Shown here: positions 10,611 through 19,675 of the stretch, piece after piece
How positions within the stretch are numbered: position 1 is the first letter of the stretch
Layout: each line of letters begins with the position of its first letter
Source: a virus
Taxonomy: Duplodnaviria; Caudoviricetes
DNA length: 64,000 bases
Reading direction: 5' to 3' (one strand)
Virus record (IMG/VR): IMGVR_UViG_3300028048_001169
Coordinates: 32,001-96,000 of that record
Translations under genes and position numbers: made by a program
The notes under the pieces: generated by a model
What the model saw: the letters and a program-made list of their open reading frames with translations, nothing else
Database searches by the model: none
Told to the model about the DNA's origin: nothing

Positions 10611-11231
10611 ATGATAAATGCTATTAAAGCAGATATGAAGTACACAAAAATTCTATGCTCTGGTAAAATTCTCGTTGCACCTTTGAAGATAATTGAAGGT
10701 ATTATAACGAAGAACGATGAGCTTAGAGAGCTTACAGATCAATCAAATCGTAAATTCTTTGATAGTTTATCAAATATTGCTCGCTGGGGAGCTACTCAGC
10801 CATCAAATGATGAGCAAGTAATTGCTAAGCTGTATTATGATAATAATTTCTATAAGAGAAGAATTTTATATTGGTCACCATGTAATGCCGATTATCTATT
10901 ACGGATTATTGGTATTGAGTTTGAGAATGGTAAGATTGATCATTGTAATTTCGTGCCTAGAGAAAATCAGATTAGTTTTCTAGGTAAGGATATTAAGAAA
11001 GCATTCTCTAAAGGTACTTCATGTAACGATGATATTATTAATCGTTTTATGAAACGATATATCGACAATACACATACAATTGCTGATAATTGTTTCTATA
11101 CACTGTATATCCGTCAAGATAAGAATTGTACCGATATACGTTGCTCTAGAGATATTCAACTTTCTCCAAGAAATCCAAAATATGCAACTTCAGATGGACG
11201 GAGATTAGAGCTAGAACCAGATCCAGTATAA
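10611..11231 (+). CDS. Hypothetical early protein
   Basis: Early motif plus AAGGGAG RBS. Confidence 0.7.
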   Translation: MINAIKADMKYTKILCSGKILVAPLKIIEGIITKNDELRELTDQSNRKFFDSLSNIARWGATQPSNDEQVIAKLYYDNNFYKRRILYWSPCNADYLLRIIGIEFENGKIDHCNFVPRENQISFLGKDIKKAFSKGTSCNDDIINRFMKRYIDNTHTIADNCFYTLYIRQDKNCTDIRCSRDIQLSPRNPKYATSDGRRLELEPDPV

Positions 11232-11260
11232 TTATACCGGAAGAATCCATAGACAATCAT

Positions 11261-11272
11261 AACAATTTAATA
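11261..11272 (+). promoter_or_regulatory. Late-type promoter AACA-N6-TA
   Basis: AACA-ATTTAA-TA upstream of 11289. Confidence 0.6.
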
Positions 11273-11288
11273 TTCTAGAGTGAGGTAG

Positions 11289-12788
11289 ATGAATATGAAT
11301 AATGCAACTATTGCTGAAATACCAAGAGTTGACGATTGGAGTCCAGAAAACCCACAAGATATTATTTTCAGTAACTCAAAAGGTGTTATTGGTGCACCTG
11401 TAACGAAGAGTTTCAATCTTGGACCAGAATACCAAGCATTGGACTATTTTATTATGACTCCTAAGAAGTGTTATAATAGTCAAGTTATGAGAGATCATAC
11501 TTGTAAGTATTTGAACTTCTTTGAGAAATACTATGATCCAGATCATGAATTAGCAACGATTATTTATCGTATTAAATTCATGATTGATACAACCACAGAA
11601 TATAATCAATTAAATTTCGTTCATGATATTCGTACATATCTATTGAATGAATCAATTAAGAACAAAGTTGTTCAATTAGTGGAAGCAAATTATCAGTTAG
11701 ATTTACAGTATAAGAATCTAAGTGATAATCTGAAGTATACTGATACACATGCAAAGATTATGCTGTGTATGAGTATATTTATGAATTTCGTTATTCCATT
11801 GATTACACACTTTGCGTACGTAAACAAAGTACCAGTGATTGATGATTTCATTATGCAGATCTTTGATTTGATTTTGTATATGTTTCCTGGAATTGATATC
11901 TATAGTAAACTATATGAAACCACAATCTCAAATGTATCAAAGAGTGAAGCAAAGAATCCTTTGTGGCTGAAACAGGATATTCGAGGAAAGGATACTGTAA
12001 CTCATAGCTATGCTTCTGTCAATAATATTATCTTAAATATTATGCCTAAGTATACATTTGATAAGAGTATCATCAGTCTTAATTTTACAAGTATTCTTAA
12101 GAATACAAGTTGTCAGATCTTAGATATTGAATATGAATTCAACTATATTAGTTTAAGTTCATCAAAGAGAGATGAAGACAACGTTTCAGACTTTGATAAA
12201 TATGAAGCAAATCTTGTAAAACAGAATGAAGCTTTGTATTTACAGTCTAAGATCAATTGTGAAGAAACAGTTTCTAGAATTGATTCATTATACGGACCTT
12301 TTGACGAATGGGAGATTTCTTTCTATCAAGAGAGACTTAAGAATGATAAGGGGGTTATTATTAACTCTTTCCAGAAACAATTAATCTTCAATATGTTTTA
12401 TAAGGAATTCCATGATGTGGAGAGTATCTATGGAATAAATGCTAGGGATTATATTAAGTTAATGCTGTCTGCTAAAAAGATTCTATTACAGAATCAGATG
12501 ATTATTCTGCCATATATTATTAGCTCTAAGATGGAAAAGATAGTTGGTAGAAAATCAGTCAATAAAAAGGAATTAATGAAGCTTGAGAGTAGCAGTTATT
12601 ATCCAATGATTGTTAACAAATATCATAATGAGAAGATTATGAAAAATATTTTATCAATGGTAGCAACAATCATTAGTAGCGATTTCTCTATTATCGATTA
12701 TAATAACCATAATATAGATGGTAAACGAATCGATGCAGTTCCAGATATTGTTATTGAAGAAGTGTTAGCTTATACCTTGTTAATCTAA
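11289..12788 (+). CDS. Putative promoter-specificity (sigma-like) subunit of non-virion RNA polymerase (AR9 gp226/phiKZ gp68-like)
   Basis: About 500 aa, largely helical; position near the chaperonin as recalled for AR9 gp226/gp228; not confirmed by search. Confidence 0.55.
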   Translation: MNMNNATIAEIPRVDDWSPENPQDIIFSNSKGVIGAPVTKSFNLGPEYQALDYFIMTPKKCYNSQVMRDHTCKYLNFFEKYYDPDHELATIIYRIKFMIDTTTEYNQLNFVHDIRTYLLNESIKNKVVQLVEANYQLDLQYKNLSDNLKYTDTHAKIMLCMSIFMNFVIPLITHFAYVNKVPVIDDFIMQIFDLILYMFPGIDIYSKLYETTISNVSKSEAKNPLWLKQDIRGKDTVTHSYASVNNIILNIMPKYTFDKSIISLNFTSILKNTSCQILDIEYEFNYISLSSSKRDEDNVSDFDKYEANLVKQNEALYLQSKINCEETVSRIDSLYGPFDEWEISFYQERLKNDKGVIINSFQKQLIFNMFYKEFHDVESIYGINARDYIKLMLSAKKILLQNQMIILPYIISSKMEKIVGRKSVNKKELMKLESSSYYPMIVNKYHNEKIMKNILSMVATIISSDFSIIDYNNHNIDGKRIDAVPDIVIEEVLAYTLLI

Positions 12789-12857
12789 ATTTTTCAGAGA
12801 GGGATTGATTTAATTATCAATCCCTTTTTATTTTATTAATAAGGAGGAGAAATAATT

Positions 12858-13370
12858 ATGTTTTTAGGCTATAAGAAAAAAGATATTAAATTCTTTTTCA
12901 ATGAGGTATTTTTATCATTACATGAACGTATTGATGCAAAGGCTTATGAGAAGAGCATTAATACAAAGGTATCAGGTAAATATCTCTTTAATATCCCTAT
13001 ATTAATAGGAGATAATTATGACGTTAGTTGCTATGACTTAAAGTTTAGAATGCGCTATGTATCTAGTACAGAAGTTGAAAGTGAAGATGCATTTATCGAA
13101 GCATTATCAGAAATTGGAATCTTTAGTGATCATTCATCAAAAGAGTCTCCAAATGAAATCGCTATCAATATGGATATTATGACAGAATATGCAGACTATA
13201 TTACAATGGATCGTAATACAGGTAGATTTGTTGTTCATTTTACTGGTAAGGATAATGCTAATAAACCATTTGAAGCATATCTTAAAATTGATCGTCCTTG
13301 TAGCGATAATACTAGAAGAGAAAGAAAGTTCTATAATAAATTAATCGACATGCTGTTCGATATTAGATAA
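12858..13370 (+). CDS. Hypothetical protein
   Basis: AAGGAGGAG RBS. Confidence 0.7.
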   Translation: MFLGYKKKDIKFFFNEVFLSLHERIDAKAYEKSINTKVSGKYLFNIPILIGDNYDVSCYDLKFRMRYVSSTEVESEDAFIEALSEIGIFSDHSSKESPNEIAINMDIMTEYADYITMDRNTGRFVVHFTGKDNANKPFEAYLKIDRPCSDNTRRERKFYNKLIDMLFDIR

Positions 13371-13444
13371 AAATGTAAGATAATACTAGGATTTTCACAT
13401 CCTAGTATTATTGTTGTTGCTATTATAAAAGGAGGAGTGATATC

Positions 13445-14011
13445 GTGAAAAGTAAAGTGTATATTATTAATGGACCTGCCAGAGCTGGAAAAGATACTTT
13501 TATAGAACTTGCAGAGGATTTGTGTTTTGCTTATAAATCAAAATATGACATTATGTCGAAATCAACTATAGAGAATTTAGCATATATTGCTAAAGATCAG
13601 TTTGGTTATAATCCAGAGGTTAAATCTGATAAAGATCGTAAGTTTTTATCAGATTTTAAAAGACTTGTCGATGATTATTGTGATTATACATTCAAGACGG
13701 TTACATCGACCATTGATATTGATATAAAGAATCGAGATCGTTTTGTCTTGGCATCTCCTGTAGTATATTTTGTCCATGTAAGAGAGCCTTATAATATCTA
13801 TCGATTTACAAAGCATTTCTATAAATCCAAGACGATCTTTGTTGATACTACTAGAAATATTCATAGTGTTACTAATAATGAATCTGATTTGAACGTTCGA
13901 GATTATGATTATGATATTACAATTCATAATGACGGATCGATCGAGGATTATAGAGAAGTCGTTAAGAGATTCTTAATCAGTGAGAATATTATTGAGGTAA
14001 ATAAGAAATGA
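13445..14011 (+). CDS. P-loop deoxynucleoside monophosphate kinase-like protein
   Basis: IINGPARAGKDT P-loop, HVREP, HND motifs. Confidence 0.7.
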   Translation: MKSKVYIINGPARAGKDTFIELAEDLCFAYKSKYDIMSKSTIENLAYIAKDQFGYNPEVKSDKDRKFLSDFKRLVDDYCDYTFKTVTSTIDIDIKNRDRFVLASPVVYFVHVREPYNIYRFTKHFYKSKTIFVDTTRNIHSVTNNESDLNVRDYDYDITIHNDGSIEDYREVVKRFLISENIIEVNKK

Positions 14012-15060
14012 ATGTTACAGGATATGCTAATTGGTTAATGACCCATATGTCTAATGCTAAGTGGGCAAGTGGTAAAAAGTTCATTAATTGTCGATGTCCA
14101 GAATGTGGTGATTCAGCAAACCCTAGTTCTGCTCATATGTATATTTACATTCCTTGGAATAATACAGACGTTAGTTGGTATTATTGTCATAAATGTAATT
14201 CTAGTAGTATTATTAATTATAAGAAACTATTAGAATGGGATATCTATGATGAAGAGCTAGCTCTAGAGTTAGATGAATTAAACCGAGCAGCTTTAAACGG
14301 TCCTAAAAAATCTAAGTATTATAATCGTAAAGTATATAATTTAAAGTATACTCCAGATAATATTACAATTGATGATCAGACTGTTATGAAGCGTAATTAT
14401 GTAGGAAATCGCATTGGTCGTATACTAACCTATGAAGATTTGGTTCGATTAAAGATTGTACTAAATCTGAAGGATTTATTATACGAGAATAATATAACCG
14501 ATAGAACAAGAGATGAAAATATTATCAATGATTTAGATCGAGAATTTATTGGATTCTTGTCTATTGATAATGCGTTTCTTAATATGAGAAGAACTTGTAA
14601 TGAAGGTAAGGTCTATAAGAGTATTGATAAACGTTATGTCAATTATAAGATATTTGATAAACAAGATACATCTCAAAGATTCTATACTATTCCTACGGAA
14701 ATTAATATTGAGACGAGAGAACGAATTCCTCTACATATTGCAGAGGGACCGTTTGATATTCTAAGTGTTTTTCTAAATCTAAGAAACGCTGATAGGAATG
14801 CTATCTATACTTGTGTAGCTGGTTCGAACTATATTTCTGTTATTATGTTTTTCTTAGCAGAATTAATGATACCTAATCTAGAATTACATTTCTATCCAGA
14901 TAATGATAAATTAGGTACAAATGAACGAATCCTTAGTATTATAGACAGAATACCAGATAAAACTATTCCAGTATATATTCATAGAAATACAATGCCTGGA
15001 GAAAAAGATTTTGGTGTTCCATTGAAACAAATAAAAGAATCAATTGAAAGGATACGATAG
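14008..15060 (+). CDS. DNA primase (Zn-finger + TOPRIM)
   Basis: CPECGDS...CHKC Zn finger, AEGPFD, YPDND, EKDFG. Confidence 0.85.
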   Translation: MNVTGYANWLMTHMSNAKWASGKKFINCRCPECGDSANPSSAHMYIYIPWNNTDVSWYYCHKCNSSSIINYKKLLEWDIYDEELALELDELNRAALNGPKKSKYYNRKVYNLKYTPDNITIDDQTVMKRNYVGNRIGRILTYEDLVRLKIVLNLKDLLYENNITDRTRDENIINDLDREFIGFLSIDNAFLNMRRTCNEGKVYKSIDKRYVNYKIFDKQDTSQRFYTIPTEINIETRERIPLHIAEGPFDILSVFLNLRNADRNAIYTCVAGSNYISVIMFFLAELMIPNLELHFYPDNDKLGTNERILSIIDRIPDKTIPVYIHRNTMPGEKDFGVPLKQIKESIERIR

Positions 15061-15973
15061 AGTGAAGATAGAGTGCAATGTATATAAAGATAATTTAGAT
15101 GCTGTTACTTTTGAACCTGATTATACGTCAGATAATATGGAACGTGCTACAGTTACATATCCAGAAAACTTTATTGACAAACAAGAAAAGTTTGATAGTA
15201 ATTTAGATAATTTAGTTAATTATATTAGAGACGATTATACTCCGCCTACCTTTGATTATGAAAATCAAAAGAATATGAATTTTAATGTAGAAGAAGGTAC
15301 ATTAACTTGTACGTTAGATTCAACGGATCCTATGGATGCTGGTAGAAGATTATATCGTAAAAAGAGTGTTGATTTTCTTAGTGGTACAACGATTATGGTT
15401 GGTCCTAATGGTGTTGGTAAAACAACACTAATTAATTGTATTGAAGATATATTTAGAGATAATAATATTAAAGTATTTGATTATGACAATCTACGTAGTG
15501 GTGGTAGTGTATCTTTAGAATCTGCTTTATTCTATAACGATTTTTCATCAGTTGCTACTATGATGTGTTCTTCTGAAGGTGAAAATATTTTGTTTAATAT
15601 TCGTTCGTCTTTAGGTAAAATTAAGCGATACGTTGATTCTCAGATGGAAAAAGAGAACGAACCTGCTGTATTATTATTTGATGCAATAGATTCCGGTTTA
15701 TCTCTAGATTTTATGTTTGAGATCAAAAGATTATTCAATGCTATTGTTGATTCTGAGCCTGAAGAATATCAGAAAAGAATCTTTATTATCTGCACATCTA
15801 ATTCTTACGAATTAGCCAGAGGATTCCGTTGCTGGGATGTAAAGGGCTCTAAAGAGATATACTTTAACAAATATCAAGAATATGCAGACTTCATTATCAA
15901 TACAAGAAGAGCAATTGATGAGTCTATTAAAAAACAGGCTGAACAATCTAATAATGACACTATTGATGATTAA
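15044..15973 (+). CDS. ABC-type ATPase domain protein
   Basis: GPNGVGKTT, SEGE signature, LLFDAIDSGLS. Confidence 0.75.
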   Translation: MKGYDRVKIECNVYKDNLDAVTFEPDYTSDNMERATVTYPENFIDKQEKFDSNLDNLVNYIRDDYTPPTFDYENQKNMNFNVEEGTLTCTLDSTDPMDAGRRLYRKKSVDFLSGTTIMVGPNGVGKTTLINCIEDIFRDNNIKVFDYDNLRSGGSVSLESALFYNDFSSVATMMCSSEGENILFNIRSSLGKIKRYVDSQMEKENEPAVLLFDAIDSGLSLDFMFEIKRLFNAIVDSEPEEYQKRIFIICTSNSYELARGFRCWDVKGSKEIYFNKYQEYADFIINTRRAIDESIKKQAEQSNNDTIDD

Positions 15974-15989
15974 TTAGGAGGTTCAATTT

Positions 15990-16589
15990 ATGGGATTATA
16001 CTCTGTAGGTGATTCATTATATGTAAGAGCAGAAATTACAGAAGTGGATCCAGATGATAGTACTAGGTATACTGTTACCACGAACTTAGCAAAATTCCGT
16101 GTAAAAGAAGAAAAGGATACACTTGTACCTGATACAAGTGCTGATAGTTATACGGAATCTCAAATCAATTCATTAATTCATACAATCTTAGCTATGCCAG
16201 ATGAGCAGTTATTGGTCATGTTTGGTAATGGTTTTGAATCATTGGATGGGTTCTTTAAAAGTGGTAAAACAATTGAAGATATGATCAATTGTTATGATGC
16301 TTGGAGAAAGACAAATGAAACAATTATTGGAGATATTGTTTGGTATACTCCTGGTGAAGGTGAAGTAGATCCAAATACAACAAAGGGTAAAATCAAATGT
16401 TGTGTTGTTGCTATTAAAGAAACTCCAGCAGCATCCGAAGAGGAACAACCTACTACTTCATATATTCTTCAGGATAAGGATAGCAACTATTATATTTCTA
16501 CAAGAGCTATGATTGAAAATGTAGGTGTTCATATTGATGTAGCAGAATCATTGAATGCTATTGATAAGATGATTGAAGATGCTGTTTAA
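15990..16589 (+). CDS. Hypothetical protein
   Basis: AGGAGG RBS; AACA-N6-TA at 15942-15953. Confidence 0.7.
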   Translation: MGLYSVGDSLYVRAEITEVDPDDSTRYTVTTNLAKFRVKEEKDTLVPDTSADSYTESQINSLIHTILAMPDEQLLVMFGNGFESLDGFFKSGKTIEDMINCYDAWRKTNETIIGDIVWYTPGEGEVDPNTTKGKIKCCVVAIKETPAASEEEQPTTSYILQDKDSNYYISTRAMIENVGVHIDVAESLNAIDKMIEDAV

Positions 16590-16622
16590 TAGATATCTTT
16601 AGAGGAAGGAAGATCTCAACTA

Positions 16623-17003
16623 ATGGGAGAAACAATATTAATAGATACAGACTATGCTCCAAACTTAGCAACTGATATTGAGTTAGATGATACAGATGGT
16701 GGAAAATATTTAATTGTATATAGCACCGGAGAACAATCAGATGACTTAGGATTATCCATTGTACCTGATACAGAAAAATTCAGAGCTCTCATAGAAGAAT
16801 CTGGAATGAAGATTGTTGGTCATGGAGAATCAGATATATCGCTTGCTAGTTTAATATATGGTCTGAATCACCCTGTACGTATACTTTATAAGTCAACTAT
16901 GCAGGATATACAGAAGTTTCTAATGGAGAAGTTTAATGGTCGTTTTGAAGAAGATGATCGTGTTTTTCGCAAAGAGTTAAATAAGATTCATGAGAATCAA
17001 TGA
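16623..17003 (+). CDS. Hypothetical protein
   Basis: Purine-rich RBS, operon context. Confidence 0.65.
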   Translation: MGETILIDTDYAPNLATDIELDDTDGGKYLIVYSTGEQSDDLGLSIVPDTEKFRALIEESGMKIVGHGESDISLASLIYGLNHPVRILYKSTMQDIQKFLMEKFNGRFEEDDRVFRKELNKIHENQ

Positions 17004-17086
17004 AGTTGATAAACTCCGAACAATGAAAAATATAATATATAAGAGTAATAGAAACATTATTCATTGTGCTACAAGGAGGTATGAAT

Positions 17087-17275
17087 ATGCTAACAAAGAC
17101 AAAACCAATACCAGATTACACACTCAAGAACATTGTACGTTGTGCTAAATGTGGAAAGATTAAGACAGAGAATCTTTATGAAAAATTCTTTCCTCATTAT
17201 GATGAGCAGAATCATAGATCTTGGGTATGCAGTGTCTGTGAAACTGGAAAATTAATCCAGCTTCGTAATTGGTAA
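17087..17275 (+). CDS. Small Zn-ribbon protein
   Basis: CAKC...CSVC; AGGAGG RBS. Confidence 0.65.
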   Translation: MLTKTKPIPDYTLKNIVRCAKCGKIKTENLYEKFFPHYDEQNHRSWVCSVCETGKLIQLRNW

Positions 17276-17338
17276 ATATTCTATTAAGAAAGGTAGATAT
17301 TATATTTTATATCCACCTTTCCTTTTTTGGAGGTTTTA

Positions 17339-17815
17339 ATGAGAGAAGATGTTATTTCATGGTATAATTACTTTATGCTAATTGCAGAAGCAGTTTCCAA
17401 ACGGTCGAAAGACCCATCTAAGCAAGTAGGATCTTGTATTGTTGATGATGACAATCACATTTTGTCTACAGGATATAATGGATTTCCTAGAGGATGTTCT
17501 GATGAAGTTTTTCCTTGGATTAAGACAAGTGATGATCCTACAAAAAATAAATATATGTACGTGGTACACTCCGAGATGAATGCAATATTAAACGCGCATA
17601 AGGATCTTAGAGGATCGACGATATATGTGACGTTATTCCCTTGCAATGAGTGTGCGAAAGCTATTATTCAAGCTGGTATAAAGAAGGTAATATATAAGGA
17701 TTTTAATCCAAAATCAAAAGATATGAATTACGCTTCATCTCATATGTTTCAAGCTGCAGGTGTTGAAGTTGAGAAATATGTACCAGCGAATTTATCTTTT
17801 ACATTCGAGGTATGA
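17339..17815 (+). CDS. dCMP deaminase
   Basis: RSKDP, GYNG, HSEMNA, PCNEC Zn motifs. Confidence 0.92.
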   Translation: MREDVISWYNYFMLIAEAVSKRSKDPSKQVGSCIVDDDNHILSTGYNGFPRGCSDEVFPWIKTSDDPTKNKYMYVVHSEMNAILNAHKDLRGSTIYVTLFPCNECAKAIIQAGIKKVIYKDFNPKSKDMNYASSHMFQAAGVEVEKYVPANLSFTFEV

Positions 17816-17819
17816 TATT

Positions 17820-18041
17820 ATGAGAAAGATTATTATTAAGAACGAATTGATCATGTTTATATTCTGTATCATTTCAGTAACAGTAACCGCGTATTTCAAT
17901 GGCACATTTGATGTTTCATTATTATTTAGATCTGCAGGTGCATTTGGTTCGCTATTCTTTGTACTCTGTAATCTATGGTTATTTTTAGTATATCACAGAG
18001 AGAAGTTTATTACAAGTGGAAAGGAAGAACGTGTTAAATGA
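17820..18041 (+). CDS. Small two-TM membrane protein
   Basis: GAGGT RBS, two hydrophobic stretches. Confidence 0.6.
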   Translation: MRKIIIKNELIMFIFCIISVTVTAYFNGTFDVSLLFRSAGAFGSLFFVLCNLWLFLVYHREKFITSGKEERVK

Positions 18042-18499
18042 ACAAAGGTATTTTTGGAGCTGATGTTGATATTTGTAGACATCCGAACAAAGAAGGTAAA
18101 CTAGTAACTCCGTGTATTGTTACAGACAATGGAGATCTCGTTGATTTAAGAGCAGCAGAATCTTATGATATTAAAGCAGGAGATTTTGTAATAATCAGCT
18201 TGGGAATCACTGTAAAGTTTCCTGAAGGATTTTGGGGATTCTTGGCACCAAGATCTAGTCTATTCAAAAAGACTGGATTAATAGTAGCAAATAGTGTTGG
18301 TGTTATTGAGCAGTGTTATTGTGGCCCAGACGACATTTGGGGATTAGCCGTTTATGCTACAAGAGATACTCATATTGACTTTGATCAGCGTATTGCTCAG
18401 TTTACTTTAATTCCAAAAGTAAGTATGAAATTAAACGATGTAGAAGAAGTATCACAATCAGAGAGCCGTGGTGGTTTTGGGAGTACAGGAGATAAGTAG
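18038..18499 (+). CDS. dut: Trimeric dUTPase-family protein (motif III Asp replaced by Glu)
   Basis: DLRA, APRSS, GVIEQCYCG, RIAQF, RGGFGSTG. Confidence 0.85.
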   Translation: MNKGIFGADVDICRHPNKEGKLVTPCIVTDNGDLVDLRAAESYDIKAGDFVIISLGITVKFPEGFWGFLAPRSSLFKKTGLIVANSVGVIEQCYCGPDDIWGLAVYATRDTHIDFDQRIAQFTLIPKVSMKLNDVEEVSQSESRGGFGSTGDK

Positions 18500-18835
18500 A
18501 TGAAGAATGTCATTTGTAAATGTAAGGATCAAGAAGATGCAGTTAGGTGTTGTATTAACTTCACGAGATTATTAACAAAGCATAATATTAATATTGATGC
18601 TATTGATCATAATCGAATAACTACAAATGATTTCGATATTCTATTCACTGATAGTGATACTGTAAAGTCTTTTGAAGATACTAATAAGAAATTTTACATG
18701 ACGATTCCGTATAATGAAAATCTTATTTCACCAGAAGGTGTAGGAGTAGAAGAAAGCACACTAATTGTTCTGGTGAAGAAGATTGTTGCCGAATACATTC
18801 GGAATACAGAGCTTCGGAATAATGTGAATTCTTGA
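18500..18835 (+). CDS. Hypothetical protein
   Basis: Abuts dut; AGGAG RBS. Confidence 0.65.
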   Translation: MKNVICKCKDQEDAVRCCINFTRLLTKHNINIDAIDHNRITTNDFDILFTDSDTVKSFEDTNKKFYMTIPYNENLISPEGVGVEESTLIVLVKKIVAEYIRNTELRNNVNS

Positions 18836-18846
18836 TCATATATTAT
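18836..18846 (+). promoter_or_regulatory. Early-type promoter TCATATATTAT
   Basis: Exact copy. Confidence 0.75.
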
Positions 18847-18881
18847 AACTACGATACTGAGTAGAAGGAGGTTAAAAATTC

Positions 18882-18962
18882 ATGCTAGAAATTACAAAAA
18901 ATGACCATCAAGGTCCAGAAGGAACTGGTGATGATCATGGCACATACGGAACTCCTGTATAG
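18882..18962 (+). CDS. 26-aa peptide MLEITKNDHQGPEGTGDDHGTYGTPV within a structured short transcript (absent from the ORF track)
   Basis: Own early promoter, AAGGAGG RBS, terminator at 18991-19027. Confidence 0.5.
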   Translation: MLEITKNDHQGPEGTGDDHGTYGTPV

Positions 18963-18990
18963 GGGCAAACTCAGTATGTAAAAAGAATAA

Positions 18991-19027
18991 GGACTAGTAG
19001 GAGTAATCCTACTAGCCTTTCTTTTTT
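18991..19027. terminator. Bidirectional terminator
   Basis: CTAGTAGGA-GTAA-TCCTACTAG plus T-run. Confidence 0.8.
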
Positions 19028-19587
19028 TAGTGCTTACGCTTTTTATTGCGATTATGATTGTTGTTATTCTGTGGCTGTGGAGCAGATACTGGCTCTGCAG
19101 TAATCTCTTCTTCAACAGTCTCATCTTCTACAACTTCTTCCTGATCATCAACATCTTCTTCTGCTGCTACTTCCTCTTCTACAGGAGCAACTTCAACCTC
19201 TTCAACAGGCTCTACAGAAACCTCTGTTTCATCAACTACCTCTTCAGAAGCAGGTTCTACTTCTGTAGAAGCATCAGTTTTCATAGGCTCAGTAACCTCT
19301 TCAGTTGCTCTCGCAACATTTTCGTCAATTACAGTGTAATTATACTTAGTTGCTGTAATTTCGTCTCCTGGGGTCGCTCTATGAAGATGTGGGAAATTTT
19401 CACCTGTAACCTTGATTGGAGCTTTACCAACAAAGAGTCTATATACAGGACCATGTTTCATACAAATGAAAACCTCTTCTTTGTTCAGATCAGCACTGAA
19501 AGGTCTCATAATTAATTTACCAGGGATTAAATCCTTGATTGGTGTGTACGGTGTTACTGAATACTTAAATCTATCCATGTCACTCAT
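19027..19587 (-). CDS. Hypothetical protein with acidic E/V-rich tail
   Basis: AGAGGA RBS, biased codon use. Confidence 0.7.
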   Translation of the reverse strand: MSDMDRFKYSVTPYTPIKDLIPGKLIMRPFSADLNKEEVFICMKHGPVYRLFVGKAPIKVTGENFPHLHRATPGDEITATKYNYTVIDENVARATEEVTEPMKTDASTEVEPASEEVVDETEVSVEPVEEVEVAPVEEEVAAEEDVDDQEEVVEDETVEEEITAEPVSAPQPQNNNNHNRNKKRKH

Positions 19588-19675
19588 TCCTCTAATATCT
19601 CCTTTGCTAAATATAGTGTAGATTAGAATATCTAACCTACACTATACAATTTATTATATTCTTTTAATGTACCAA

